Assembly: GCA_021613535.1 (NCBI GenBank)
Contig: CP075492.1
Coordinates: 15,500,001-15,564,000, forward strand
Length of the DNA stretch: 64,000 nt
Direction of reading: 5' to 3'
DNA from: Adineta vaga
Taxonomy: Eukaryota > Animalia > Rotifera
Part shown: positions 1 to 11,400 of the stretch, piece by piece
Layout of the letters: each line of letters starts with the position of its first letter
Numbering within the stretch: position 1 is the first letter of the stretch
Translations under genes and position numbers: made by a program
The notes under the pieces: model-generated
Databases searched by the model: none
What the model saw: the letters and a program-made list of their open reading frames with translations, nothing else
What the model was told of the DNA's origin: nothing

Positions 1-109
1 GGAATGTGTTTTGGTTGTTTTGTGGGTTGAAGCTTTGCTTCAATCACATTATATTTCTTTATATAATGAATTTTGTCTTTATAATCCTCGTCATATACTT
101 GATTCATAG

Positions 110-280
110 AGTATTGAATAGAAACTATTAGGATCACTGTCAAAGAATTGAAAAAAGCGATTTCATTATACTTCTAATAATAGTTATTGATTTAATTGGT
201 GGATTAAATGCAATTTTTAAATTTGCTATAGAGCGAATAATTCAAATTTATTTCAGATCTTTTTTTCATAAAGTTAGTAA
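110..280 (+). pseudogene. Degraded fragment of a rotifer-type large multi-pass membrane protein family (same family as 25830-27810)
   Basis: Reads RIEKSDFIILLIIVIDLIGGLNAIFKFAIERIIQIY, a hydrophobic helix with an (L/I)IGGL motif. Flanking frames have stops. Family assignment is from recall only. Confidence 0.3.
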
Positions 281-656
281 GTCACATTTATGTTCTCATC
301 AGCTTCTTTTCTCTTCGTGGGAAAACCTTTTTACAATAATTAATCTCGTTCATACTCAACTTTGTTGATAGAATATTTACCAAGTAATGTCATGTTGACT
401 TTTTATCATTGATATTTACAACACTTTTGCTAAGTTTCTACAGAAAATATCAAATATGACATTATCTCAATCCTATCAATTCATTTAATAAAAACGTCTG
501 GACATATTGATAGTTTCATTATCGATCGAATTTGGACGTATATATCATTGTTTTTCTTCGTTTCCCTCGTCAGCTTGACATGGTACATATATATAAGTGT
601 ACACTTCTTCGTTCATTCAAAACAAATCATTATTCTTTCTCTTCGATTCATCCAAT

Positions 657-977
657 ATGTGCATACCGAAAGACGCAAATGTAAGTTTTAGTTACCAGTT
701 TGATTAAGTGTAGTTCATATTTCTTCATATTTTAATAAAGAGATTATGGATATACTGGTAAGGAATCCTTGATTCTAGTTTACTAATAACAGTTTTTTTA
801 ATATTCAGTCAAATCATTAACAATGATGATAAATTCGATACATTATTAAAGAAAATTGATGTTTTACAAGAAGAAAATACAAAGTTAAAAATACAATTAG
901 TTGGTGTCCAATTTTTGTTTGGCGAAATAATAGCTGCTTTGATAGGAATCTATATTATATTAAACTTCTTCAAATGA
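657..977 (+). CDS. 69-aa micro-protein, short coiled coil plus C-terminal TM helix (tail-anchored); 3 exons 657-680, 741-757, 809-977
   Basis: GT-AG introns of 60 and 51 nt join into one frame: MCIPKDANRLWIYCQIINNDDKFDTLLKKIDVLQEENTKLKIQLVGVQFLFGEIIAALIGIYIILNFFK*. TATATAA at about 590 and AATAAA at about 1022. Confidence 0.65.
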
Positions 978-1040
978 ATACAAACAATTGTGTATGTTAA
1001 ATGTTTTCGTGTATGAATTGAAATAAAAATTTCATCTCTA

Positions 1041-1299
1041 TCCAGGACGATGTTTCCCGGCTCCGAATCCGCACGAAACCTGCCGGAAATCACGCCTTTC
1101 CGAGGATATTCCGATCAGAATTTCTCGGGCTGTTCCGGTGAATTCCAGTCGGAATTGTTGGAATACGACTGGAACTTACTGAAAGTTAGTCAGAAGCGAG
1201 CGGAAAAATCCGACAATATCTGGTTCGGAATCCTGCTTTCATGAAATTGCCAGAATATTCTGGTTCCGGCGGGATCCGGGTCGGATTTTTCGACCTGGG
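1041..1299. mobile_element. MITE, about 259 bp, imperfect TIR (TCCAGGACGA...TCGACCTGGG), TA-flanked
   Basis: GC-rich island full of CCGG/TCCGG motifs in AT-rich DNA. Termini are 8/10 reverse-complementary with TA on both sides. The same TTCGACCTGGG end recurs at 3067-3077. Confidence 0.65.
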
Positions 1300-1899
1300 T
1301 ATTTTCATATCATTTGCATTAGATAGCAGTTGCTTAGAATCGACTAAAACAGTCTCAAAATACTAAATTGAAACATATTTAATTGCTACTAAATATCATT
1401 CCTATTTCTCAGATTTAGTTTGAATTTTTTCAAAATTCATTTATAATATGTATATGAGTGTTTACGTCAACTCGATATAGAAGATGCTGCAAAGGAATTA
1501 AAGTGCGGCAGAAGCACCTTAAAAAGACATTTAAAGAACAAAGTTATATGGAAGAAAGCGCCAAAGAAAGAAAAAAAATCATAGTGACTTTGTTTCTGCC
1601 AAAAGAATTAATTTTACTCGAGCGTTATTGAATAGACGTGATGAATTAAAACCAGTCTTACAATGTAGAAGAAAAGGATCAACAAAACATTTGATGCCTT
1701 TATTAGTTTCAAAATCCAATCCATCCATTCATGGTATGTTTATCTCAAATAAACATTGAAGTGATGTATATTCACATTGATGATCACAACTATACGTCCG
1801 AGGAAACAAGTTAAGACATGGTTTGATGATCGATTGTATGAATTTGAATTATATATTAAAAGCTAGTAAACCTTTATTCAACAACCAAATAGAACTATA

Positions 1900-2664
1900 T
1901 GGAAATGTTGAATATCATCATCAGGTGTATGTTGGTTATCATCCGTATTCTCATGATTGTTCTATATTACACTCATCGGATGAAGATTCGAATCCAATTG
2001 GAGTTAATATTGACGATGATTTAGATTTATCAGTTGCTTGTGAAAAAACAAATAACGTACAAATTTATCTTGGAAAAGGTAATGGTGAATTTAGTTAACA
2101 TCAAACATATGAAACAGGTAACTGTTCAAGTCCAGAAATAGTTGTTGTTGATGATTTTAATAAAGATCATAAACTAGATTTTGTTCTTATTCATTTTGGT
2201 AAAGGCAATGGAGATTTTATTCAAAATATACTTATCAGACAGGCGATGGTCCATATAATCCAGCTTTAGGTGACTTTAATTCGGATGAAAAAATTGATAT
2301 TGCAACAGGAAATTATCGAGATAATACAATACGTATTTTTTAAGGACAAGGTAATGGAAAATTTGAATTGAAATATACTTTATCAACTGGAAAAGATTCA
2401 ATAACATATTCAATTGATGCAATTGGTTTTAATAATGATAAACTATTAGATCTTGTTGTTGCTGATTCAAACTCGAATACTGTTAAAATTTTACTTCGAA
2501 TTTGTAATGGGAATTTTAAAAAGGTACAAAATATTCCAAATAGCGACAATACGAATCCATATACAACTGCCGTTGAATATTTTAATCGAGATGGTTTATC
2601 AGATGTTGTTACAGCAAATTTTCAAACTGGAGATGTGAGAGTATTATTAAATAAATATTCATAA
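1900..2664 (+). pseudogene. FG-GAP/VCBS beta-propeller repeat protein, disrupted
   Basis: Repeats such as DFNKDHKLD, GDFNSDEKIDIATGNY, FNNDKLLDLVVAD, FNRDGLSDVVTANF and LGxGNGxF. In-frame stops at 2096-2098 and 2341-2343, and a frameshift near 2230. Confidence 0.8.
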
Positions 2665-2879
2665 AATGAACCTTCAACATTTGATGAAAAATTGTGAAAT
2701 ACTTTTTTTGAATAAAAGAAATTTTTTATGATTTGCGACAGTCAACTCCATTTCTATCTACGCATATATTCGTAGCTTTTATGCTATCTCCGGCATACAA
2801 ATGTGCAGATGATTATCAGTAGAATGCGAACATAGGACATTCTTTCTTTTCCATCTCACCTACACACCCACCCTCAAGA

Positions 2880-3077
2880 TGGCTCCGTAATCACGAACAC
2901 AGATTTACGGCATCGTAATCGCACTGTGTTCTCCTCCGAAACGGCTACTTTTCGGCTATGTAAGGATACAGAACGGACCATATTACTGCGCCCGATAATA
3001 CGATCAGTCTTACGGCCAGTATAGTATCCGTTTTTATATCGTAAAGGTCGTATACGGACAGCATCGTTCGACCTGGG
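2880..3077. mobile_element. Truncated MITE ending in TTCGACCTGGG (CCGTA/TACGG-rich relative of 1041-1299)
   Basis: GC-rich island with the same 3' terminus as 1041-1299. Its 5' end abuts a CACACCCACCCTCAAG half-element at 2856-2878. Confidence 0.5.
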
Positions 3078-3691
3078 AAGTTTTAAACAAAATCCCAGAA
3101 GTATCTGTAATTAATTTTTGTTTAGAAAGGAAAAATATTGTATCAATTGTTAATCAAGATCCAGAATATGTAATAACAAATTTTCTCGTATAGTTTGAAA
3201 ATACTTATTAAATCGTTAACGAAATTATAGAAATTGCCATTGGATTGTTTATTAAAAGAAACAAAAACTGAAGATTCCTATAATCATTTTTATTATAAAC
3301 ATGTACTTTAGCCATTGACACAATAAATATGATTACATCTGAAGAACAAGATAAGGTTGCATCAATAATAGCAACACCTAGTTTTAAAATTGAATAAGTT
3401 GTCAACAATTTTTGCTAATCCTAAAAGGTGCAAAACTTTTGTACATAAAACATGAATTTTATCTCATTGAAATATTATATATATATATATATATTAATAC
3501 TTGGTTAAAAGCGAAGTCATTTTTCCTTCTATTGATCTCTTTATTCGATATCTTATATACAATGAAAGAACAAAAAACACCATTCTTTTGTTCTATCAAT
3601 TTTTCTTTCTTCTGTTGATATATAGACCATATAAACATAATCGATTGTTCTGACTGACGACAGATAAGAAAATAGAGGAAGCGATTGTACA

Positions 3692-5055
3692 ATGCGGAAC
3701 ATGGAATATTTCCACATTCAATTAATAGATTTACCTGATGAAATAGTTCTCTTGCTCTTTAAAAACTTGACCAATATTGAAGTACTTTTTTCTCTGTTGG
3801 TTGCTAACAAAAGGCTTCATAATATAGCAAGTGATTTTATATTGAACGTAAAACAGATTTATTTCTATTTGCTGGTAAGTTGTTTCAATTAGTATCTTAA
3901 CTTCTATGGATGAAAATAGATCATTGCACATCGATTGTTTGAATAGCGTCATGAGACCTATTCTTTATTGTTTAGATTGAACTTGATATGTTCGAAAATT
4001 CAGTCATCTCATGGATGGCATTATCAGACTATTGAACAATTAAAATTTAATCATCGTTGTCCAACATTTAGCTCGTCAACTTTGATGGAATTGTATGTAA
4101 ATTTAGGAGGTTCCGACGATTTACTTTATCTACTAGATGGTCGTTTCGATCAACTTCACACATTACATGTGGCTGTTCATTTTCTGGATGAATCAAATGA
4201 GTCGACCAATGAGGTAAAGAATTAATTATAAAAAAGTAAGATAATCTCTTGACGTTTTTTTTCTAGGAAAAATTAGTTATTCTAAAGATTTTTTCATTAG
4301 TATGTAGATTGGAAGTAGTTTTTTATGATAAAACATTTATTGATGGAAATCATTTGAAGACTAATATAATTAATTATATGTCAAGAATAAATAAATTCGT
4401 GTTTAGTATTCATTCTAATATATATCATTCTGATAAAGTATTACATTTACCCTCTAATGATGACATTCAATATACATTCAAAGATGTTCAAGATTATCAA
4501 GTTGTTTCCTATATTCATTGTTTTCCCGAATCGAAAATGAGTCAATATCATATCTATTGATATCCATATTATATGGATAGTTTATATCGTCTCACCAATA
4601 GTTTTCCAGGTGTATTGTTTGAATTTGTTCATAAGGTCTATTTATTTGATGAACAACCTTTTGAAAATGAATTTTTTATTCGAATTTCTCGAGCATTCCC
4701 ATATCTTAGGACATTGCTGATATACAATGGTTCACCGCCGAAGTACAAACAAGCTCCATAATCAAATGGAAGCAATTAAAACTTCAAAATGATAAAATAT
4801 CCTTCTCTTAATCTACTTATTCTTTATGGTTCGCATAAAGATTATTTGGAACAATTTCTCAATAGTAAAAAAACATGCCTGTTAAATCAAATTAAACTTG
4901 ATGTCGGTTATGGTACTCTTCAAAAAGTAACACACAATTTCACAAGAACGTCGACGCAAATCAAATGCCAAAAAATTACATTCATCTATGATATTAGTAA
5001 ATATAATATTCCAAAACATTTTTATGATTATTTTCCTCATATTGAAAAGTTATAA
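3692..5055 (+). pseudogene. F-box protein with divergent LRR-like C-terminus (rotifer-expanded family), disrupted
   Basis: N-terminal F-box LIDLPDEIVLLLFKNL. Family motifs LLDGRFDQLHTL, YPY, DEQPFENEFFIRISRAFPYL and DYLEQFL. Three in-frame stops (4558-4560, 4759-4761, 4777-4779) in one continuous frame. Confidence 0.8.
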
Positions 5056-5193
5056 CTTGTATAGTTCAGTTGATGAAAATAAAACAGATTAACTCCCATT
5101 TACAAAGAATTCTCTATTAAATAAAAGCTTAAAATCAACATTAAATCGAATTTCTTCTGAAATTTGATCATTCAAAAAAGAAATTTTATTTCA

Positions 5194-5577
5194 CTATTTG
5201 ATCGTGAAAAAGGATAGCCGCATTGAATTTTGAACTAAAAAATCTTCTATACCGAAAAGCGTCGCATCAGCGTCTAATACAACAATATTTTTATATTGCC
5301 TCATATTCCAAACGTATAATTTAGTCAATCCATCAACTAATCGTATTTGGACATAAGCCGATTTCCAAACAATTTCTTTTAACATATTAATATGATATTT
5401 GTTCTTTATCGAAATATTTATAATCAATGCAATCACATCACGTTCATGTGACTTGATTATGTCATGTTTCTTAAGTGTTATAACCACAAGAACAAGTGCT
5501 GCACGAATATAAACATTCCCTGTCATTAGGGATATTACTATTCTATGCAAACAGCACAAACGTCCACGGAACTTCAT
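5194..5577 (-). pseudogene. Glycosyltransferase family 8 (glycogenin-like) N-terminal fragment
   Basis: YIRAALVL...TKLYVWNMRQYKNIVVLDAD matches the GT8 TKLxxWxxxxYxxxVxLDAD (DxD) signature. The ORF ends soon after the DxD, so it is probably truncated. Confidence 0.6.
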
Positions 5578-6073
5578 GATCGATACATTTTGATTCAATT
5601 AATTACCATCTTTAAGCATGTCTTTAGAAAAACTCACACCCACGACCTCAAGATGCACTCAAATCGATGGGTTTGTATGTTAACAATGAAATATTAAACG
5701 AAAAGGAGCAAGACAAGAATTTTTAGGAAAGATGTCGTTAGTTATTGTGAAAAAAAATAATTTAAATACAGAATAAAAACATCTACAGTTGAATAGTACA
5801 TTATGACATTATGGTTCTTTCACATACTCAATAGTCGAAGTATAACTCTTTGAATTGCACATGCTTTATGTGAATGCCGATATTATTGATGAATTATTTA
5901 TGAAGCAAAATCAATATTTAACTATATGTCGTTTTGAATGACATGTCGTTCTACAGAAGAAAATACTTCACGGATTTTTCTTTCTCTATTGATCATTTTC
6001 ATCAAATATTGACGGATTTCCTCACATGTTAAAAAATGTGCTTTAGTTAGTTTTGTCTCTTTTAGATATTAAA

Positions 6074-6577
6074 ATGGCTCAACTACAAGTAACTGTAGTT
6101 GAAGGACGAAATTTTAAAAAAAAAGATATGTTTAGTGAAAATGATGCATATGTCAAAATTTATCTTGATGAAAAAAGTGCAAAACAAAAAACAAAAACAA
6201 AACAAAACTCAAATAATCCAACATGGAATCAATCATTTGTTTTGTAAAACTAATTTTATTATTAATTCTGTCTTTTAATCTAAAGTTTTCTTTTCTTTTT
6301 TAGTAATCATATGAATGGACAAGATACACTTCATATTGATATTTATGATAAAGATACAATTAAAGATGAAAAGATCGGCTCAATCGAAATCGATTTACAA
6401 GAGTTATATCTTACAAGTATTTTGTTTTTCAGAATGTATATATATATATAATTCTGTGTATATGATATTGTTTTCATAGATCATATTGATGATTGGTTTG
6501 ATATTCCCGATAAACTTGGATTTAAAATTCATGGACAAATTCATCTTATACTTGATTATGATAAACTCAAAATTTAA
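6074..6577 (+). CDS. Single C2-domain protein; exons 6074-6243, 6304-6416, 6480-6577
   Basis: LQVTVVEGRNF..KD..SENDAYV...NPTWNQSF...IYDKDTIKDEKIG carries the Ca2+-binding Asp set. GT-AG introns restore the frame. Confidence 0.9.
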
Positions 6578-6730
6578 AACTAAATAGAATTCGAGAAATT
6601 CTTACCTATTTAATCTCTTACATATTTTAATAAAAGAAAATCTCAGATACGATTGCATAACTGAGACATCTATTTCCCTACTTCGGATTCGTTAGAAATC
6701 TTGAGCAAATACTGATTAAGTTTAAGAATC

Positions 6731-7828
6731 ATGATGATTAAAAAAAGAGAAATGAAACGATTATTAGAAAGTGAAGAAGAACAAGAAAAAGATAATTTAG
6801 CTGAACAAATCGCTTCATCTTGTTATCATCAATTTAATCTCTTGTCTTCACGTGGAAAACCTTCATTAAACGAATGGACACATCTAGCTGCTTTTGTTTG
6901 TGTGGATGAAAAGAATCACATTGATGTACTTTCATTAGGAACAGGAACAAAATGTTTAGGTGGTGATAAGAATGAACGTGGTACACAAGGTTGTTTACTA
7001 CATGATAGTCATGCTGAAGTTATTGCAAGAAGATCATTAATGAGATTATTTTATGATGAAATTATTCATGAAAATAACTCAATTCTTATCAAACAACAAG
7101 ACGACGAAAAAGAAGTAAAGAAATTTGTTTTGAATAAATCTCTTCGTCTTTATTTATTTGTCTCATATCCACCATGTGGATCAGCTGCATATTTATCTGA
7201 TCCAGTTAAACGACCAAAATTTGAGCATAAATCATTGAATTCATCTGATGAAGAAGAACAACTCTATTTGAAACCAGGCAAAGGTTTTCAAACAACAAGT
7301 CTTTCGTGTACAAATAAAATTAATCGATGGATTTATCAAGGACTCGAAGGATCACTTCTTAATCAATTCATCAATTCACCAATCAAATTATCTGGTTTAA
7401 TTATTGAAACAACTGCTGATCTATCTTCTGTATTCAAAGATATCTCTATCAAATCAGTGAAGAATTCATTTGAATATGGTCCATCCTCTGAACGACTTCG
7501 TCCTTGTGCAATGTCAATGGCTTGGTGGCAAGGAGTTGATATAATATATCCTGTAGTGACAGTAGATGGATATCCATTAGGACAAGTGAAGAAACTTCGA
7601 CATCGACAGCAATATGCAAGTCCAATTGCAAAATGTTCGTTCTTTCGACTTTATCATCAGTTGATGAAGAATCGATTACCATCAACAATAACTTATGCAC
7701 AAGCAAAAGCACTTTCATCAAATTCATTAAGAGAAGAATTTATGACAAAACATCCAGAATGGATTCAAACTGATCAAGATATTTTCTATTCATTTACTCT
7801 TCACTGTTCTTCGTCGAAATCAACTTGA
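6731..7828 (+). CDS. ADAT1: tRNA-specific adenosine deaminase 1-like (A_deamin domain, no dsRBD), intronless
   Basis: GKPxxxEWT, SLGTGTKCLG, HDSHAEVIARR (Zn-His and catalytic Glu), PPCG and SCTNKI (Zn-Cys), QGLEGSLL, TYAQAK. Confidence 0.85.
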   Translation: MMIKKREMKRLLESEEEQEKDNLAEQIASSCYHQFNLLSSRGKPSLNEWTHLAAFVCVDEKNHIDVLSLGTGTKCLGGDKNERGTQGCLLHDSHAEVIARRSLMRLFYDEIIHENNSILIKQQDDEKEVKKFVLNKSLRLYLFVSYPPCGSAAYLSDPVKRPKFEHKSLNSSDEEEQLYLKPGKGFQTTSLSCTNKINRWIYQGLEGSLLNQFINSPIKLSGLIIETTADLSSVFKDISIKSVKNSFEYGPSSERLRPCAMSMAWWQGVDIIYPVVTVDGYPLGQVKKLRHRQQYASPIAKCSFFRLYHQLMKNRLPSTITYAQAKALSSNSLREEFMTKHPEWIQTDQDIFYSFTLHCSSSKST

Positions 7829-8477
7829 GAGAAGAACAATCTATTTTTTTGTTATTGTTTAAAGAAAATAAAATGACAACACAAACTCATTTACATATAA
7901 ACTCTATTTTATTTCTACTAATCGAATCGACAGTGCCCGTAAAAACTCAATAACAAAATATGATCTATTCGGTAATTGTGACAATTTCATTAGCTTGCTT
8001 ATATCAACCTTTCTTTTTCAATTCGAAAGAACCAATCAAATATTTTATCTTTGCGTCAGTTGCTATGTATTCGACCGTATCTATCTCACTGTATATGCAT
8101 TTGTATTCAACTGAGTAACACATGACTGCTATCTCTTACTAAACTTGTGAAAAATAACGAATACACACATTCTTAAATGGCATGCAATAGACATCACAAA
8201 TATTGCGCAGAGCGAAAAAAAAAGAAAAAACGAACGAAACGATTTCGTAGAGTGATGTTTAGTAAAGCTTCCTTGCATCAACATTGAGTAAAAATTCAGT
8301 TTTTATTTTTCTAATAACAAGATTTCTGCATTCTTTAATTTTATAACACAAGACATTACATCATCACTGATACAACTGATAACACTTTATTTATAAACAG
8401 ATACATTTACTTGTATAAAACCACTTCCGATTTATTGCATACACACATACGCAACATTAAACGAATCGCAAGTCGAT

Positions 8478-11400
8478 ATGGCTAAGAACATCATAACATC
8501 ATTTCATACTCTACCCGTTGAACTCATGTATCGTATCTTGGATCATTTAACTCCTTTCGACATTATTGTTTCAATTCAAGATGTTTGCATACGATTCAAT
8601 GCCATAATACACACATACCATCCTTATCTGGTAAGCTTTGTAAATGCATCTTCTAGTCATATGTTCCTTATTGATCCATTTTGCTAATCTTTATGGGTAA
8701 AAACTGGATCATACATATAACCATTTTCAGTGATCTTTCTCAGATAATATTTTTATTTACATTCTGGAGTGGTTTTAACAATGAGAGACTCCCTTGAAGG
8801 ACTTATTGACCCTTCACTGATACCAGGAATTATGGAAAATTATGAACAGTTCAACGATCTAGTGAATTATTTTGATCCATCTTAACCTGTTTACATAGAG
8901 TTTTCATTGATACAAAAATTCTCTTTAATTCTTTCACGATGAGTACTTTATGAATAGTTTAACGTTCCACAATCAAAGAAGTGTGATTCATCTGCGTTTA
9001 ATAACACAACTCTATTCATCAAATATAGTACGCTAAAAGAACAGATGATAATTTTGTTTAGAGTGTCGCCATACAAGTATTATTCCATAACATGAAAACA
9101 AAACTTATGCATGAATCCATAGAATCGAGCACTTCCTTTGTGTATAAAAGTACCATGTTTTGATGTTTGTCTCATATTGAAAAGCTTTTCATGAAGATTA
9201 TATCACAATAAGTGAGGATTCTGAGTTTAATAGTTTGATAATTATCAAAAAGTTTTTTTCATTCCTAGATACAGACGTTGCTGAGATACTACAATAAAAA
9301 CTTTTATTTTGAATCACTTATGACGGTAGATGTAAGGTGTCTTTCTTGAAAACTCCCAATTCCAGCCGTCTAGAAATATAAATAAATACTTTTTTCGTAA
9401 GCTTGCAACACGACTGTCGGTTTTTGTGATATTCTATTGTAGTTTCTTACCAAAATTGTCTTTAGCATACATTTACGGTAGTATCGCAGACAGTTTATTC
9501 AGATCAATCTGAAGGAGCAAAGATGTCAATATAATATTAGTGCATCATATTCTCATAACGAAAAAAGTATTATTAACGTTTTCGCCATCATATCTTCTAT
9601 TCTCGTAGAATCAGACACATCAGATCATGTTTATTTACACGCATAGAATAAGGAACTTATAACGAACTGATCGCAGCTCCAACGACCATACACTATGCCC
9701 ATGAATATGTAACTTGAATCACTTCTGAATAGATCAATCTTAGCGAAGGCTAAAAAATGTATCTAAAACTATATTTCATCATGAATACTAAGCCTTCCCT
9801 CGACTACCAAAAGTAGATAGTGTCCTCATCAAAATAATGAAACAATCTAGTAGATTGCGAATATTTTGCAGATATTTTCCAACCTATACGTGTTCATTTA
9901 GACTTTCAACACTCTCGAGTTATCATTCTACCGAACTCCTAGAGTTGGTAAGAGTCGTATATATGGTTCCATACACCATAACAAGGTAATAAACCATCCT
10001 AAACTCCAATTGCCTATCTATAGCGCTCTCAATTATTGTAGACAATCACCACATTGAACATTCTAAACCGAGATATTGACGATGAAGAAATACGCCATCT
10101 TGTTGAAGCGTTACAGACAAATCATGTGAGAAACGCTCTCTACTCATCTAACATACTTACAACACCTTCATTTATTATAGACAATTACTATATTGTATCT
10201 TCACTATACTGGAATTGGCACTGATGGAGCGCGTCATCTTGCTGACATGCTGAAGAGGAATCACGTGCGACATATCTATTCTGTTCGTTTAGTATACCTA
10301 CCATATCTTCATTTGTTATAGATAATCATCAAACTAAATCTTTCATACAACAACATTGGTAATGAAGGAATACGTTACCTTGCTGATGCTCTAAAGATCA
10401 ATCATGTGAGATATCTACTCTGTTCATCTATCATATTTATAATATTCTCATTCTTCACAGACTATCACCGCATTAAATCTTGAACGTAATCATATCACCG
10501 ATGAAGGAGCACGTCACCTTGCCGATGCACTAAAGACCAATCATGTGAGACACGCTCTCTTCGCATCTATAACATATCTATTAGATCTTTATTTATAATA
10601 GACTCTCACTAGTCTGAATCTTAACTTTAATCAGATCACTGATGAAGGAGCCTGTTGTCTTGCTGAAACTTTGGATGTCAATCATGTAAGATCATAGCTG
10701 TAATAATCTTTAATGTGTTCATTTATCTAACTAAATATAGACAATCACTGATCTGAATTGGCAATTCACGTCAACACAAAATATAGGACATATTCGTCTT
10801 CTCATTGCCTTGCAGATCAATCAAGTGAAACAATGTTGCTAATCATCTTACATATTTACAGCATTCTCTCTTCTTTTAGGGTGCCACCACATTGAGTCTT
10901 AGATCCAGGCATATCAACAATGAAACACTGTATCAGCTTGCTAATCTCTTGATGAACAATGAAGTAAGACAAGCACACTGCGCATACCTCATATGTGAAA
11001 AATTTTCGTCCATCATTATAGATCACTACCATTCTGGATCTTCAGTGGAATGAAATCGGTAGTGAAGGTGCACGTCATCTTGCTAATCTCTTAACGATCA
11101 ATCGTGTAAAACAAAACCACTACTTATCTGTTACATCTACATGATATAATTTATTATAGACTATCACCGCATTAGACCTTGGATATAACAAGATAAGCGA
11201 TGAAGGAGTGTGCCACCTCGCTGATGTCCTAAAGACTAATCATGTAAGACATCTACTCTGCTCATCTACTGTAACTACATAGACTAGACCATCATTTATT
11301 ATAGACTATCACTACATTGAATCTTCGTCAAAACAACATTGGCGATGAAGGAGTACGCCATCTTGTTGATACACTCAAGACAAATCGCGTGAGACAGAAC

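Noticed and set aside
1050-1244. 64-aa ORF
   Set aside because: Lies inside the GC-rich MITE; no protein features.
1450-1740. HTH-looking peptide DIEDAAKELKCGRSTLKRHL
   Set aside because: No start or splice context, and alternative frames look equally coding; unassignable fragment.
6731-7828. ADAR acting on the 57-kb hairpin as an RNA-editing system
   Set aside because: No dsRNA-binding domain; motifs fit tRNA-specific ADAT1, and nothing links the two loci.
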